The translations under genes and the position numbers were made by a program. The notes under the pieces are model-generated. The model was given only the letters and a program-made list of their open reading frames with translations. It had not been told where the DNA came from and did not search any database. Of a stretch of DNA of 64,000 nt, positions 37,721 to 51,243 are shown one piece after another; the first letter of the stretch is position 1, and every line of letters begins with the position of its first letter. Source of the stretch: Mytilus trossulus (taxonomy: Eukaryota); NCBI RefSeq assembly GCF_036588685.1, contig NC_086381.1:13640001-13704000 (forward strand), given 5' to 3'.

Positions 37721-40408
37721 TCAAATCAAAACAATTAAAAAGCCAAACAGTCAGACAACATCTTTAAATAAAAGTAATAGAGGGGCGAAATATACTAAAG
37801 GGACAGTCAAACTCATAGATTGAAAATAAACTGACAACGCCATGGCTAAAAATAAAAATACAAATGATTAGCTTTATTAACAACAAAAAGTACTGGCTCA
37901 TATGTGTTTTTTTTATGACAATGCTGTTTCTCTTTAATGTCTAGAACATATTTTTGAGAAATCCGAATTTACAGTCCCTTGTTTAACAAATTTCTCACTT
38001 CCAATCAACCTTATCAAAAAACACAGACTTCAGTTCTTTAGTTTTTTGCCGAAAATTATTCTTAAATTCTTTTATATTTTGATGTTTTAAACATGGGACA
38101 TAATTCGAATGATAACATGTCCCAATGAATATTATTGCTTACCAAATATGTACATTCACGGTATCATATAGTCTGTCAAAACCTATATTTGCATTGCACT
38201 ATTTCATGTTTTTGCCAACTACTAATAACGTCTTTACTTTGAATTCATAGGATGTTGGATATGAACTGAATAATATTTCAATCATGGGTGCATGATTTTT
38301 ATATAAGTGGTTATTAACTTTTAGATCTAAGCTTTGTTTTTTCTATGTTTTGGTTAGTTTGTTATTTATGTTTTGTATTTTACTGTCATTATTTAATGTA
38401 GATTTTGCCCCACAAAAGTTGAAAATACCTTAATTTGAACGATTGCAAAATCGCCCAACACATACGCTTACGACTGCATACATGTTAAGCTTTATTTACC
38501 TTACTTTTTGGTTTAAGTTATTTTACATTTGATATCTTTATGGAAGTGGTAGATTCATGGCGACACATGTCGCTAACAGGAGTTGTAAGTAAGATTCAAA
38601 GTTATTTTTTAAGTTTTGTTTGAGTTGGAATAATTATTGATTTGATATAACAATGATTTATAAAACTGGTTGATAACTGATAGCATATTGGTGTAATGTG
38701 AAAAGTGTAAACTTTATCGCAACTGATGTACGATACTATTTGTACTAAACTTGAATAAACATGGTTTCATTCAGCTACATTTTAACATCACCCAAGCTAC
38801 CAGGAACACTGTAAAATATTCATAGAAAGAACAGTCTTTATTACAGCTCGTTATTATCTCAGATTTCATATGGTTATAATCAATTCTGTTGTCACGTTGT
38901 GGATTTGGAAATAGTGAAGATGTATCTATAGGTTAAATAGGTTAACGTGGGATAATAATTCGTCCAGTAATTGAGCGATTATAATTAAAGGCACTTTAGT
39001 TAAAACACCAACAGTTCTTTTTACATCTCATGTGTATAATAGAAAACGTGTTTAATCAGTGGATGTTATTGATAAGTTCCCATTATATAGCCTTCGATTG
39101 AATGGTTTTATGTTCTACCTCCATCATGTCAAAGACATGCTAGCTAATAGGCAGGATTCATAACAGAGGTGTAGCCCTCTGTCCAAATTATTGATTTGTT
39201 CCTCTAGTTTCGTTTTTTTGGTTTTTGGATTTTCATACTTATGTAAATTTTCTATATACTTAAAAGACTAAGTAAATATTGCATTGATAGTTTGAAGTAC
39301 GGCTTGGCTCTTTTTATGTTTCGTCCAACTACTGGCTTAATACGAATGTTTAATGAACAATTAATTTACAAAAATGGCGCATCAATGATACTTCATGTCA
39401 GCAAATGAGTATTAATTGCAAGAATGGTGATACTCCAGAAACTAGAGCGTCGACAAAGTTGTTTTAAAACTCATTTAACATAACAGACTTATGAATACAT
39501 GCGCAAGATGTGCATTTTATCTACACAAGACTTAGAAGCAAACGGCAAAAAGCAATTAGGAAGTTGAAGAGCACTTAAAACAAAACGTCCAATACAATTG
39601 TTTAAGAGTTTTTTGGCTAAGTGTACATGAATAAAAAGATGCTAAATTCCAAACTAGTGTTTAAAGTATAATAAATGTTATGGATTTGAGTAACTTTCTT
39701 CCGCAAGAAGTGTTATCTCAAACGTTTAAATGTGTTTTAAATCTAGTCTGCCTATCGTTTTATCACGTGTTAATAGTTGCGTGGAAAAAATATGTTTCAT
39801 TTCATTTCCTATGGGAGATTTATCAATCCATATAGACCTAGGTGGAAAGATTTAAAACCAATTAAAATCTACCGTTTATGGAAATACACTTAATGTTCTC
39901 TTTATTCAAATCTTCTGACACAAAATCGTTTTTATCTTTTCAAAAGTCAAATAATTAATCTCTTCTTGATATATTTTCAAATAAAGGAGAATGCAAGACA
40001 ATCAATCTTTTCATAAAACAATATTACAATTCATCGTCCAAATTTGTAGCACACAATATGATATTCTTAATATAGCAAATATCAATTATAAAGGTACATT
40101 TGCATACATCATATTACAGCAAAACTTAACAGCAGACAGTCTTGTCAAATCTAAACGACTGCTTATTTTGAGAAAACAAATGATAAAGAGAGATTTTAAA
40201 ATTGTATGTTTAGTAAAAGAGGGACGGAAGATACCAAATGGACAGTCCAAAATGTTCAATCAATTAAAATAGTTTGTGCCTCGGTGGTTTTGTAAGGACA
40301 TGTAAAAGCACTATGTTGACCCTTTAATGTCCTTTTTTTTTTGGTAATTTTGTTGTGTTGTTTGGTTGAATCTCAACATCTCTTAACTTTAATTTGAGAG
40401 ATTTTAAT

Positions 40409-40680
40409 TTAAGTGGTACTTTACACTACAGGGAGATAACTCTGTCAAGTCAGTTAAACTTTTAGTTGCGTTGTTTTGTAAAAGGAATATTAAGCTTCTC
40501 AATGATCAAAATTGGTGTAAAACTGCTATTTAAGCAGTGTATATTTGGACAAAACGCGTACGGTTAGTTAAAAAACAAATTATAGTTTTGTTAAAGGGTC
40601 AAAGTAATTACTTTGACAACATTTTATGAAAATTAAACGAGCCAAATTAATTTAAGTGAAAGTGTTGGGTACCACCTTAA
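40409..40680. mobile_element. Short TTAA-flanked MITE
   Basis: Imperfect TIR: TTAAGTGGTACTTTACACT ... AGTGTTGGGTACCACCTTAA. Confidence 0.6.
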
Positions 40681-41650
40681 ATGAATATTTATTGAGATGC
40701 AGATTAGATACCAATGAGTCAACAACAATAAGACAAAAATAATTAAAAGTATACCGTGTCTTTTGCTCAGGAAAACGAATGAACCATGAATCACACATTA
40801 TATTACTGTAAACTGGAGTTGTATTTTACCCCAGAACGAAGAAATCTTTGTTTTAAACGTCACTGTATTAACCGAACAATCCGTGTTCATTATGAAAAAT
40901 AAATATTTAACATGAAAATAAATTTAAAGGATACATCAGATGCGATGAAGTGGTCAACTGTTTTACAACAATTGATATCAAATAATAAGTCATTGATCAA
41001 AATATTCATTTCAAAATTACATTTTTTTTAAGTTATCAGGAAACTTAATAAAAAACAGGAAATATTTAAATCCGTTTTTCTCCTTATTTTTAAAAAAAAT
41101 TTATATGATGCCAATAGAGAGAAGTAACTATATAAGAAAGGCAAAAATATTGTGTTTAATGTGCATTGTTCATGATATTACAATAATGCTAAAAAAAAAA
41201 TCAAAACAACCAGTCTATCAAGTTTTGTATGCTTTTTCTACTGCTTTGTGTGTAGATTAAGACGTCTTCTAGAGTAACTTTGAACATGTTCCCTGATACT
41301 TAATGATACATGTTAATCCAAAATATACTACATGCAACACCTGCAAACGTTAAATGAAGTAAAAACAAATGATGCCTACCAAGAAATTACATCATTTGGT
41401 ATTTCCAACTATTTTATTATTAAACCAGCTTCAATTTCAGGAATACAGACCATTAGAATATCCCTTAGACATTTTTGGAATTTAACTTAAGAATGGACAA
41501 TAGAATACATGGCTTGACGTAGTATAATTGTAAAAAAAAGACTTGAGAAATAAACGTATTAACCAGCAGTTCATAAATCCACAAATACCATTCAAAAGAA
41601 AACAGGTATATTTCAGTGCATTAATATAGAGAAAAAATCAAATTAAACTG

Positions 41651-42125
41651 AACAAGTGAAACTGCGAGCTACTGCTCACTGATGATACCCCCGCCGCAAG
41701 TGGATAATATTATTAGTGTACAAATATACAAGTGTTCGGTAAACAGAAAGTTGTCGAGTGATGAATCGGAAAACGCATCACACGGTATAGCTGACTTATA
41801 TAAATCCTGAAACCAAATTTCAGAAATCCTTGTATTGTAGTTCCTGAGAAAAATGAGACGAAAAATTTCAACTTGGCTATCATGTGTAAATCATACTAGT
41901 GTTCGGTAAACAGGAAGTTGTCAAGTGATCAATCTGAAAACGCATCACACGGTATAGCTGACTTAGATAAACCCTGAAACCAAATTTCAGAAATCCTTGT
42001 ATTTAAGTTCCTGAGAAAAATGTGACGAAAAATTTTCATGGGACGGACGAACTGACTGACGGACTGACGGACGGACAGACAGAGGTAAAACAGTATACCC
42101 CCTTTTTTAAAGCGGGGGTATAAAA
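41651..42125 (-). mobile_element. Helentron-associated (HINE/DINE-1-like) element with ~1.8 core repeats of 167 bp
   Basis: Minus strand: TTTTATACCCCCGC subTIR with a nearby inverted repeat GGGGGTATAC, a (GTCC/GTCA)n microsatellite, cores at 41731 and 41898, 3' subTIR GCGGGGGTATC, hairpin GTGAGCAGTAGCTCGC and a CTTGTT end. Confidence 0.85.
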
Positions 42126-42224
42126 CTCGTGAACGAGTAGTGAACGAAAATTAGAAGAACACATAGCAGACAAAATTCTCATAAAATGTAAGAAAACACA
42201 TCTTTGACTTGCGAGAAGTTCTTT

Positions 42225-43200
42225 TCGTGGAAGATCACAGAAGGCTTATTATTATGAATTATGTTCGGACCATACAGCAAGGTTGATATGAGCCTTAGCG
42301 TTGACTTGAAATATTTTTCTTTCTCGAGGTAGGTCATAGACTGTATGCTAATACGTATTCTGAATTAAACCGTTCGGACCGTACATCAATAACAATATGA
42401 CCCTTAACGCCATTAACACCAACTTGTGATATTTTCCTTCTACTGGTACGTAGTTCATAAATAGTCAGAATTATGAATTTAACAGTTCGGACCTTACATC
42501 AAGATTTATATGACTCTAACCGTTGACTTACGAGGTTTTCTGTATCGTAGTAGTTTAAAGACAGTCTATTATCAGGTTATATCTTTTGTCTATATTAAAG
42601 AAAAATAATAATATGTGTTAACCGCATTATATTAACTGCTTTGTAAAGAAATAAAGTATTGTAAAGTTACTATGAAATTAAATAACCATCCCCAAGGAAC
42701 TTACCAAAGAAGAAATCATGAATTTTAATAGGTTTGTTTTCTTGAAATTTTAACTTGGACGATACACTGGATCTTCATTCATTTTATTCGATACAACAAT
42801 CAGATCTTACAGCAGATCAAGATCATCCTTAGGTTAACTTGTGAGGTATCGTCTATCGTGATAACTCATTGCATAGAAAGTTGAACGGTTCAGACCACAC
42901 AGGATTATTAAGACAGTTATTTTCGTCAACTTGTAATTTAGTCTTTATCATGCAATTTCATAGAATGAATTTAACAGGTCAGTACTTACAGCAAGATTTA
43001 AACAATCCTTAACGTTGATTTCAATGCGGTATGGTTTTCCGTTGTAGTTCATATAAAGACTCTAATGAGGACTTTAATAGTTCTGAAGTTAAGGCGGTAT
43101 TAAGACAGTCATGACATTTCAAAAATACGTACTATTAGGTTTTGAACATCTCAAACATTTTGGCAAGATAAGTATGGCTTTCAGCATTTAACTTTTCGTT
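42225..43200 (+). repeat. Old degenerate tandem array, ~90-113-bp units
   Basis: GTTCGGACC(A/G/T)TACA(G/T)CAA-like motif at ~42263, 42372, 42485, 42799, 42888, 42977 and 43080. Confidence 0.7.
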
Positions 43201-45242
43201 CGAGGTTTTATTTCTTTAACACTGATCGATAACTTCGACATATATATTTGAAAGAACATTATATGAGCAACCCAATAAATGCACATTAAACTGATGAATG
43301 ATCCTTCCAAATCATAACATTCTTGAGGCTTGGGAAGGCTTTTACATAATTAAGAAAAATAGCCTAGGATTGTATAACATCAAATACAGTTTAAAGTAAG
43401 AACAACATAAAAAGTTAAACGAAAAATGGTATCAGCGGCTCTGCTTTGGAGAGTAATATCAGGGTATTCAGATATCGTTCGCTCTAAAAATTTATGACTC
43501 CAACTATGAGTGTCAAACACAGGTCGGCGTATGTTTTTAGAAGGACAGGAAAGTAAATATATCTCGAATATCGTTGTAATGGGCCTTTAAGAAAATATAC
43601 ATGCCTTCTCTCATCCATTAATGTACGAGCCATGTCAACCAAAAATACATATGTATTTCCAGATTTGTTTTAATTCTTCTGGTTAACCGCCGATTCTATA
43701 TCGAATTTTCTGTAGACTCGAAACTATTAAAGAAAATCTATTAAAATTATGCAACTAATTAAGTTCGTCGAACAAAATAAAGGAAACAATTGTGAATATT
43801 ACACAGCTGAGTGGTTGTCCTGTTTAGTACACGTAATGTTAGTGTAGGGGATCACAAAATGCACATAATTTGGATATGTATATTTGACTAAAAGTTCAAG
43901 TTTATTGATACATGAGAAATAGTATCAAAACTTTACAAGTATATTCTAAAGAGTCATGTAAGATATGAGAATGGAAATGAAGAATGTGTCAAGAAGACAA
44001 CAACCTGAGCCATAGAGCAGAAAAGGCCACCAATGGGTCTTCAATGCATCGAGAACCTCCCACACCCGGAAATGGCCACAAAACAAATACATACACTAGT
44101 TCAGTGATAATGGACGTCGTACTAAACTCCGAATTATAGTAAAGTCTTTTTCTGCAGCTTCAAATTACATTCTGTGGGTAGGCAGAAACTCTCATTTAAC
44201 GTAGACTTTTCGTTATATTTAATCTATCTTTAATAAAGATAAGAAGATAAGGATAACATTGATTTTAGTATAACTATTCTGAGGCACGTTCTGGTATATA
44301 TGATTCAATTGTAAACTTTCCTTGATATATCTATTTATAATGGTATCAGTCCCTGGAGACTTATTGCATAGCTATAATCATGTCAATATCAGCGTGATGG
44401 ACAATGACTTCCATTTTCCTGTTGGGATCATTTTATTGTTGGTACAATTTCTTTTAGTACAGAAAATTCCCTGAAAAAATCTAGATTTTCTCTGCTTAAT
44501 TTCTTCTAAATTAAATACCTGCTACATATAAAAATAAGAAGATTGGGTACGATTGCTAATGAGACAACTTATTACCAAAGACCAAAACGACAAGGTTGTA
44601 AATATAAATTCAATAATTACAATAAGTTTCTGAAGATATTTATCCACTGCAGACATTTATTCTCTTTATAAATCAAAGCGCAATGCTTGTCGAGTTTTTT
44701 TAAATAATTAAAATGTAACTGTTGCGAGTGGGGAAATATCGTAAAACACTACCTTTAGTTATAAAATTTGTTTCGCTTATGATGTTAACACATTAAATAG
44801 GTAACTGTTGACGGCTCCCAACAACCCCCACATATTGTACCGTATAGTACAAGTTAACCAACTACATTCTTTATGCAAAAACTAAATACGTGAGAGAAAA
44901 CATACAATAGATAGAAACTCAAATTAACTGAATAGCACGCTCCAAACTTTGGAAAAGAACATACAGGACGTGGCGTTGTTACACATGGTGTTAAAACTCC
45001 AGTTTATATGGTGTTAATATTTTTTTCTTATGTGCATCTTGATTATAAACATATATGCATGTTGTTTTTCATGCATGCGATTTCTGACATGAAAACAAAA
45101 CTTTATAAATTGCATGTGTCCGCGGCACTTTCCTGGATTTACCTTAATCAAGGACTGTCAGATTTGATAGATAGGGATATGGAAGAACTGAAATAGTTGA
45201 AGAGCTAATGACCCAAAGAGGTCTTACAAATAGTCAAATCTA

Positions 45243-46950
45243 TCTAAGGTCAACTGCCTGAGGTAGGTTGAACAGCGGTATACTACTGTTGCCTTTATTT
45301 AAACCTTAGTTTCATAATAATTCAATATATTTTTAAACTGAACCATGTAGAATTTACATCCCGTTTTGCTAATGATACACTGAAAAGGTTCCTAATGAAG
45401 CTTATTAAAAAAACATGTGATGTTTTCTCAGTAGTTATACACTAAGGCCAATCTAATTTATCGTTGTTTTAACTCGTCAATACATTGAGAATAGACAAAT
45501 TAAGGTACATATGTACAAACAAGTACTCAAGGAATCAAACAAACTAATGATAAACTTATTTTAATGATATTGATTGGGTTTATCTTTCTCTTTTATAAAT
45601 TGTAACTGAAATAATTCCAATCTTAGAAAAAAGAACTAATCATAATGCAGAGCAGATGTAATGCACACTGCCCGTTTTTTCTTTTTTCACGTCACCAAAT
45701 TTTAACTATTAAGGTTTGCAAGAAAAAACAACACAGTGCACAAATAATCCGATAGAAGCACCTTAAATTTACACCAATATACCAAACGACTTCCGAAATG
45801 TTCATTTAATTCTCTGGTAAGCTCAATTTAACATTCAGTGTCTTCTCGAGGTCGTATTTATACATGAAAGCATGCAAAACAGAACGGACAAAAGAGGGTT
45901 GGTAAATTCATCAATTGCATTAAAAAAAACAATTGTTAAGTTTTTATTTTCAGATAAAACCAAAGCTTGAAAGATTTTATTTATAAACACTGAGCAGTAG
46001 AATACATTTATTGTGGATCGAATAATAAAAAAATGTTCAATTTGCAAATAAATCAGGTGATTAAATTGTTTTAGTAAATTACTGATCTATTTGGATGTTT
46101 TACATTTTGATACTTTCTTTGTTGAACATGTGTATTGCATCTGAATTACGTCAGAACACTGAACAACTTGAACTTTGAAATAATGTCCTTTACACCTTTA
46201 AGCTAGATTCAAGCCAGAAGCCATTTTGAAAGCAGACCAACTGTTATATTGAAAGACAGATAGAAATTTGATGGAAGATTACATCATTTGATCACCAAGA
46301 ACCCTTAAACAGTTGTTACTAATACGTCTTAGCATCGATTAAATGGCTACGTTCACTGTGTAATGCTATTCTTGAGACGTCTAAATGACATAAAAGAAAA
46401 TCAATTCTTCCGTATTGAACTAACTACGGAGACAATTTTATTATATAAATTGAATGATTTTGTACCATTAAAGTTGGTAAATAGCATCACAACAACTTTC
46501 CAATAAGTCTCCATTCCAAAGTAATGATGCATAAGCCAAATGCATTATTTCAATGTTTTACTCAGATACATAGAACATATATGTGGAATATAGAGACAAC
46601 TATATATGATCTGGAAGCTTATCTTTTGTTGCATTATGTTGTCCTCTAGATGTCCTTATGGTTTTTGGTGGGTTGTTTTTTTTGTTTGTGTTTGGTCGCT
46701 GCAACTTACGAATTTCATATTTTACTTTCTAAATAATATATGACAACAAATAGAAAGGACTGATACTTCTTCTATTTTATTCTATGATTGTTTATGAAAC
46801 TGTATTTAAAACCACGAAGATTTCTCTGCAATGTATACTAAAAACCTACTACATCATAATAAGATAAAATAAAATCGCTGCTATTTTAAATTCACTATTA
46901 TTCTTTTATTTCTTGATTCTAAGACTGTTATTGATTTTTGAAGACGAAAA
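45243..46950 (+). repeat. Source of a local duplication, recopied with deletions at 47570-48067
   Basis: 45243-45700 matches 47570-47988, 46690-46714 matches 48000-48024, and 46912-46950 matches 48025-48067. Confidence 0.8.
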
Positions 46951-48099
46951 TGCCTTCAGCTTCTGTAATATGTATAACTCAAAAAGAGTGGTATGAACCT
47001 TGAGGTATATATGGCTTCATTCAGCAAATACTGTATACAGTTTTGCTGCTTTGCGCTTATGACACATAATGGCTTTATTCCAAAAATCAATTAAGAACTG
47101 TCGCCTTTATTTACCAGAATATTTTTAACTGACCTAAATTGTTTAATAATTTAGTTTAAAAAACAGTTTGTTCAAAATAATATCTCCACAAAATCCTGTG
47201 ACTTGCAGAGTTTTTCCCCTTCAGTTGTGATAAATGTTAACAAATTTGTATGGATTACATCAACTTTGATCAGTCATATTTAATTCTCTCTTTTTGTTCA
47301 TTAAACATAGCTTAACATTATCATTATAACCTTTCTACTGCTTTCGAAAATAAACTCATAACACAATGGCTGAAAAGGAAACGACTAACAAATAAACAAT
47401 AGTTCACACAACACAACAGAGAAAAAAGACAGAACAACACCCGCTATCGTCTGTGAAACAGATATTTCATAACCGTTATCATTTGGGAGGTTTGACGTGC
47501 CATGAAACCAGGTTCAACTAATATTGTTTTGCTTTAAATGACATATACCAAAAATAACCCAAACCATATAAGGTCAACTTTGCCTGAGGTACTGTAAACC
47601 GTAGTTTCATAATAGTGTTATAAATTTATAAATTGACCCATGTATAATTTGCATCCCTTTTTGCTAATGAAAAGCTAAGGTTCCTAATGAAGCTTATTCA
47701 AGAAACATGTGATGTTTATTCAGTAGTTATAAACTAAGGCGAACGTTGCTGATCGATGTTTAAATTCGTAAATAGATTGAGAATAAACAAATTAAGGTAC
47801 ATATGTAACAAACAAGTACTGAGGGTATCATACAAACGAATGGTAAACTAGTTGTAATGATATAAACGGGTTTATCTCTCTCTTATAAATTGTAACGCAA
47901 ATAAATCCAATCTTAGGAAAAATAACCAATCCTTATTCAAATCAGATGTAAAGCACACAGCTCGTTTTTCTTCTTTACATGACCAAATGAATGTTTTCTG
48001 TTCGGTCGCTGCAACTTACGATTCTTATGATTCTAAGAATTTTATTGATTTTTGTAAAAGACGAAAAAAGACGAAAAAATCCTGGGGATGGCGTTCCTT

Positions 48100-48352
48100 A
48101 AATTAATGATGGGATGATTTAAATTTCACCACTAGTAACTCTTTGTTTAAAAGCTTCTCTTTCAGTGAAATCATGATAGAAAATACCAACCCCGGAATAT
48201 TGTATCAACTTAGAAATATATGCTCTGATGGAATGATGCTACATAGAAATGAAAAGTTAACAACTGGGAAGCTGCAATCATCTCTATAGTTGTAAAGCTT
48301 TGATGTCAGAGGACCCTCATTGTAAATTTCTAGATGTAAGTATAAGCGATCA
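48100..48352 (-). mobile_element. PLE RT C-terminal fragment (3' tail displaced to 47346-47490)
   Basis: ORF 48205-48414 contains RLYLHLEIYNEGPLTSKLYNYRDDCSFPVVNFSFLCSIIPS. Confidence 0.8.
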
Positions 48353-48607
48353 TTCAAATTTTGCATTACGCTAAAATATTCGTGCAATACAGAACATACC
48401 TCTCTCAGCACCAATATCCCCCCCTCCCCCCAAACAATGTCAAAATGTTATATTTATGTTTTCAATTTTGAATTAAATTGTGCATATTCCTTTTGAAAGG
48501 GCTAATTGGTTCCTATAGTTATAAACATCAGTATTTTGTTCTGAGCTAATACACAGTAACTGATGTTTCAAAAGATTAGGACAAATTGTGTTTTCGAAGG
48601 AGACATC

Positions 48608-49363
48608 TAAATGTAGGACAGATACATTAATGACATACATATATAAATGTAGGACGGGTACATTAATGACATACATATATAAATGTAGGACGGATACATT
48701 AATGACATACATATATAAATGTAGGACGGGTACATTAATGACATACATATATAAATGAAGGACGGATACATTAATGACATACATATATAAATGTAGGACG
48801 GATACATTAATGACATACATATATAAATGTAGGACGGATACATTAATGACATACATATATAAATGTAGGACGGATACATTAATGACATACATATATAAAT
48901 GTAGGACGGGTACATTAATGACATACATATATAAATGTAGGACGGATACATTAATGACATACATATATAAATGTAGGACGGATACATTAATGACATACAT
49001 ATATAAATGTAGGACGGATACATTAATGACATACATATATAAATGTAGGACGGATACATTAATGACATACATATATAAATGTAGGACGGATACATTAATG
49101 ACATACATATATAAATGTAGGACGGATACATTAATGACATACATATATAAATGTAGGACGGATACATTAATGACATACATATATAAATGTAGGACGGATA
49201 CATTAATGACATACATATATAAATGTAGGACGGATACATTAATGACATACATATATAAATGTAGGACGGATACATTATTGACATAAATATAGAAATGTAG
49301 GACGGATATATTAATGACATACATATATAAATGTAGGACGGATACATTAATGACATACATACA
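48608..49363 (+). repeat. Minisatellite, 21 x 36 bp
   Basis: Unit TAAATGTAGGACGGATACATTAATGACATACATATA. First unit at 48608, last at 49328. Confidence 0.97.
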
Positions 49364-51167
49364 TATAGAGAGAAGACTGATAACAACGATAGGTTTCCTG
49401 CTGACTTATCCTATAATTGTTACTGACGCAGACATACTAATAGATTGATTCAATAATGTTCGGCAAGAATTAACGGCTTGAATTGGTTTGTTGCGTCCAT
49501 CGTCTTATTTGTGTCTGATAAACTTACATGTACTGAATAATTTCTGTAAAATAAAGCATGAATAGGCATTCACTTATATTGATTTGATAAAGACATTGAC
49601 TTACTTATACATATATTATTCTGATATACAAGAACTGTTTGTGAAATCATTAAACAAATAAAGAGGATGCTTTACATCAAAAACAAATTAATTTTCCTAT
49701 GAAGGAACAGATTTTTTGATGACATGAAATTATCTGCTTTACAAGATGTATTATATCAACTGCCTATTTAATTGTCCAGCTGTCAGACACATGGCTTTTT
49801 CTGTTATTTTAGGCCCTGCTTGGAAATTTTCCTGACAGTTTGATATCAGGAAAACGGTTGTGAACGGATTGAGTATCTGGTTTCTCAATGTAATCCATTT
49901 ATTTTTATGCCATGTCAATCTGTTGAAATGTTTTTGAAGAGCGCTTGGGGTCCTTAATGCATTTAAAATTTGTTTGATATGGTATTAAATTTAAAGTACC
50001 AACTTTCAAAGTAATTAAATTTCGCACGCGACGCACAATCAGAACTACTAGACCTTGAACACCAAACTAAAGTAACAAAACATGATAGAGATACAAAATA
50101 CATACTAATTTTCACCTTACCACATCTTTATTACATTTGTAAATTAGTTGACCACGAAAATTTACAAAATCAAATTTAAAATCTACGCCCACGATTACAC
50201 GGACGTCTTCTAGTATTCGAAAAAAATAGAGATGAGAACTACATTATTCAAATAAGGCGATTAAAGGCATTGGAGGGAAATTTAAGTTTTGGTTTGAAAT
50301 TAAATCTTAAAAGATGTTAAAGAATGCTAATTCCAAAGGAAGATATTGAAGATTCAGATTCCATATAAAAACTAGAAAAGCAAAACAACATGATCTACTG
50401 GTAAAAATAAGATGCTACTTATAACCCTACATTGTTAACAAAAGTCTCATGTTTTAACATTTCTTTCTAACGCATTGGGTGCAACATGTAGAGAAGAATA
50501 TGCTTACCCTGTCGTGGCATTTGATATCAACTCGGGTTTTTGTTGAGTTTGTGTTGCTCATCCTTTAGTTTTATATCTTGTGTGTGTTGTGCTATTATGT
50601 AATCGTTGCAATTGTTTTTCGGCCATTATGTTAAAAAGTTAAGTTTAGATACTGATGACGTTTTACAAAGGCTGAGTGACCGCCTCAAGCTTTTCAATAT
50701 CGTATGAATTGAAAATAATAGAATATCGTAGCTACGATATATTAATGTATTCAAGCAGTGTTGTATTACATGATCTTAAAATGTTTTGACGCGGTACTAA
50801 AGGCTTGTAATGAGTTTTATGATGATGATAATTACGCTGTCAGTAAGGGGATCCTTATAAATATTTGAATTAATTTTTCTTTCCTTTATTAAGGTTGGCT
50901 GTTGTTTAACTGAACACAATTGAATTATGCAACGATAATGCATTGGCTGCCATCTCAATATTTCCCTCTTCTTCCAGACAACGTATTATGATCAAAAGTT
51001 GTGATGACAGTTTAATCGATACCAATATGTCATCATTGATGAGATATTAAATATATAAATATTATGAGATAATGGGCATAATAGACACGACACAAATATA
51101 AATTAAGTTTAATAGCTCATATGCAAACTAAACAGAAAGCAAAAAAATCATTAATTCTCTGAGAGTT

Positions 51168-51243
51168 ACATATGAGTTTTATGTGGACGAAGTGTGCGTC
51201 TGACGCATAAAATTTTGAGCCTGGTACCTTTGGTTACTATTTA
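51168..51243 (+). mobile_element. Retrozyme 3' remnant with degraded hammerhead
   Basis: CATATGAGTTTTATGTGGACGAAGTGTGCGTCTGACGCAT...GGTACCTTTGGTTACTATTT. Confidence 0.65.

Larger units (their letters stand above)
37286..37749 (-). mobile_element. Retrozyme-like element, ~1.3 units of 357 nt with two hammerheads
   Basis: HHR cores at 37320-37363 and 37677-37720, 357 nt apart. Predicted cleavage after minus-strand GTC at 37326 and 37683. Confidence 0.9.

Noticed and set aside
48608-49363. CRISPR-like array (36-bp repeats)
   Set aside because: Units are head-to-tail with no spacers, the context is eukaryotic, and there are no cas genes.
48473-49386. Three long ORFs (295, 259 and 170 aa)
   Set aside because: By-products of the 36-bp minisatellite. 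The paralogous locus has one unit and no such ORF.
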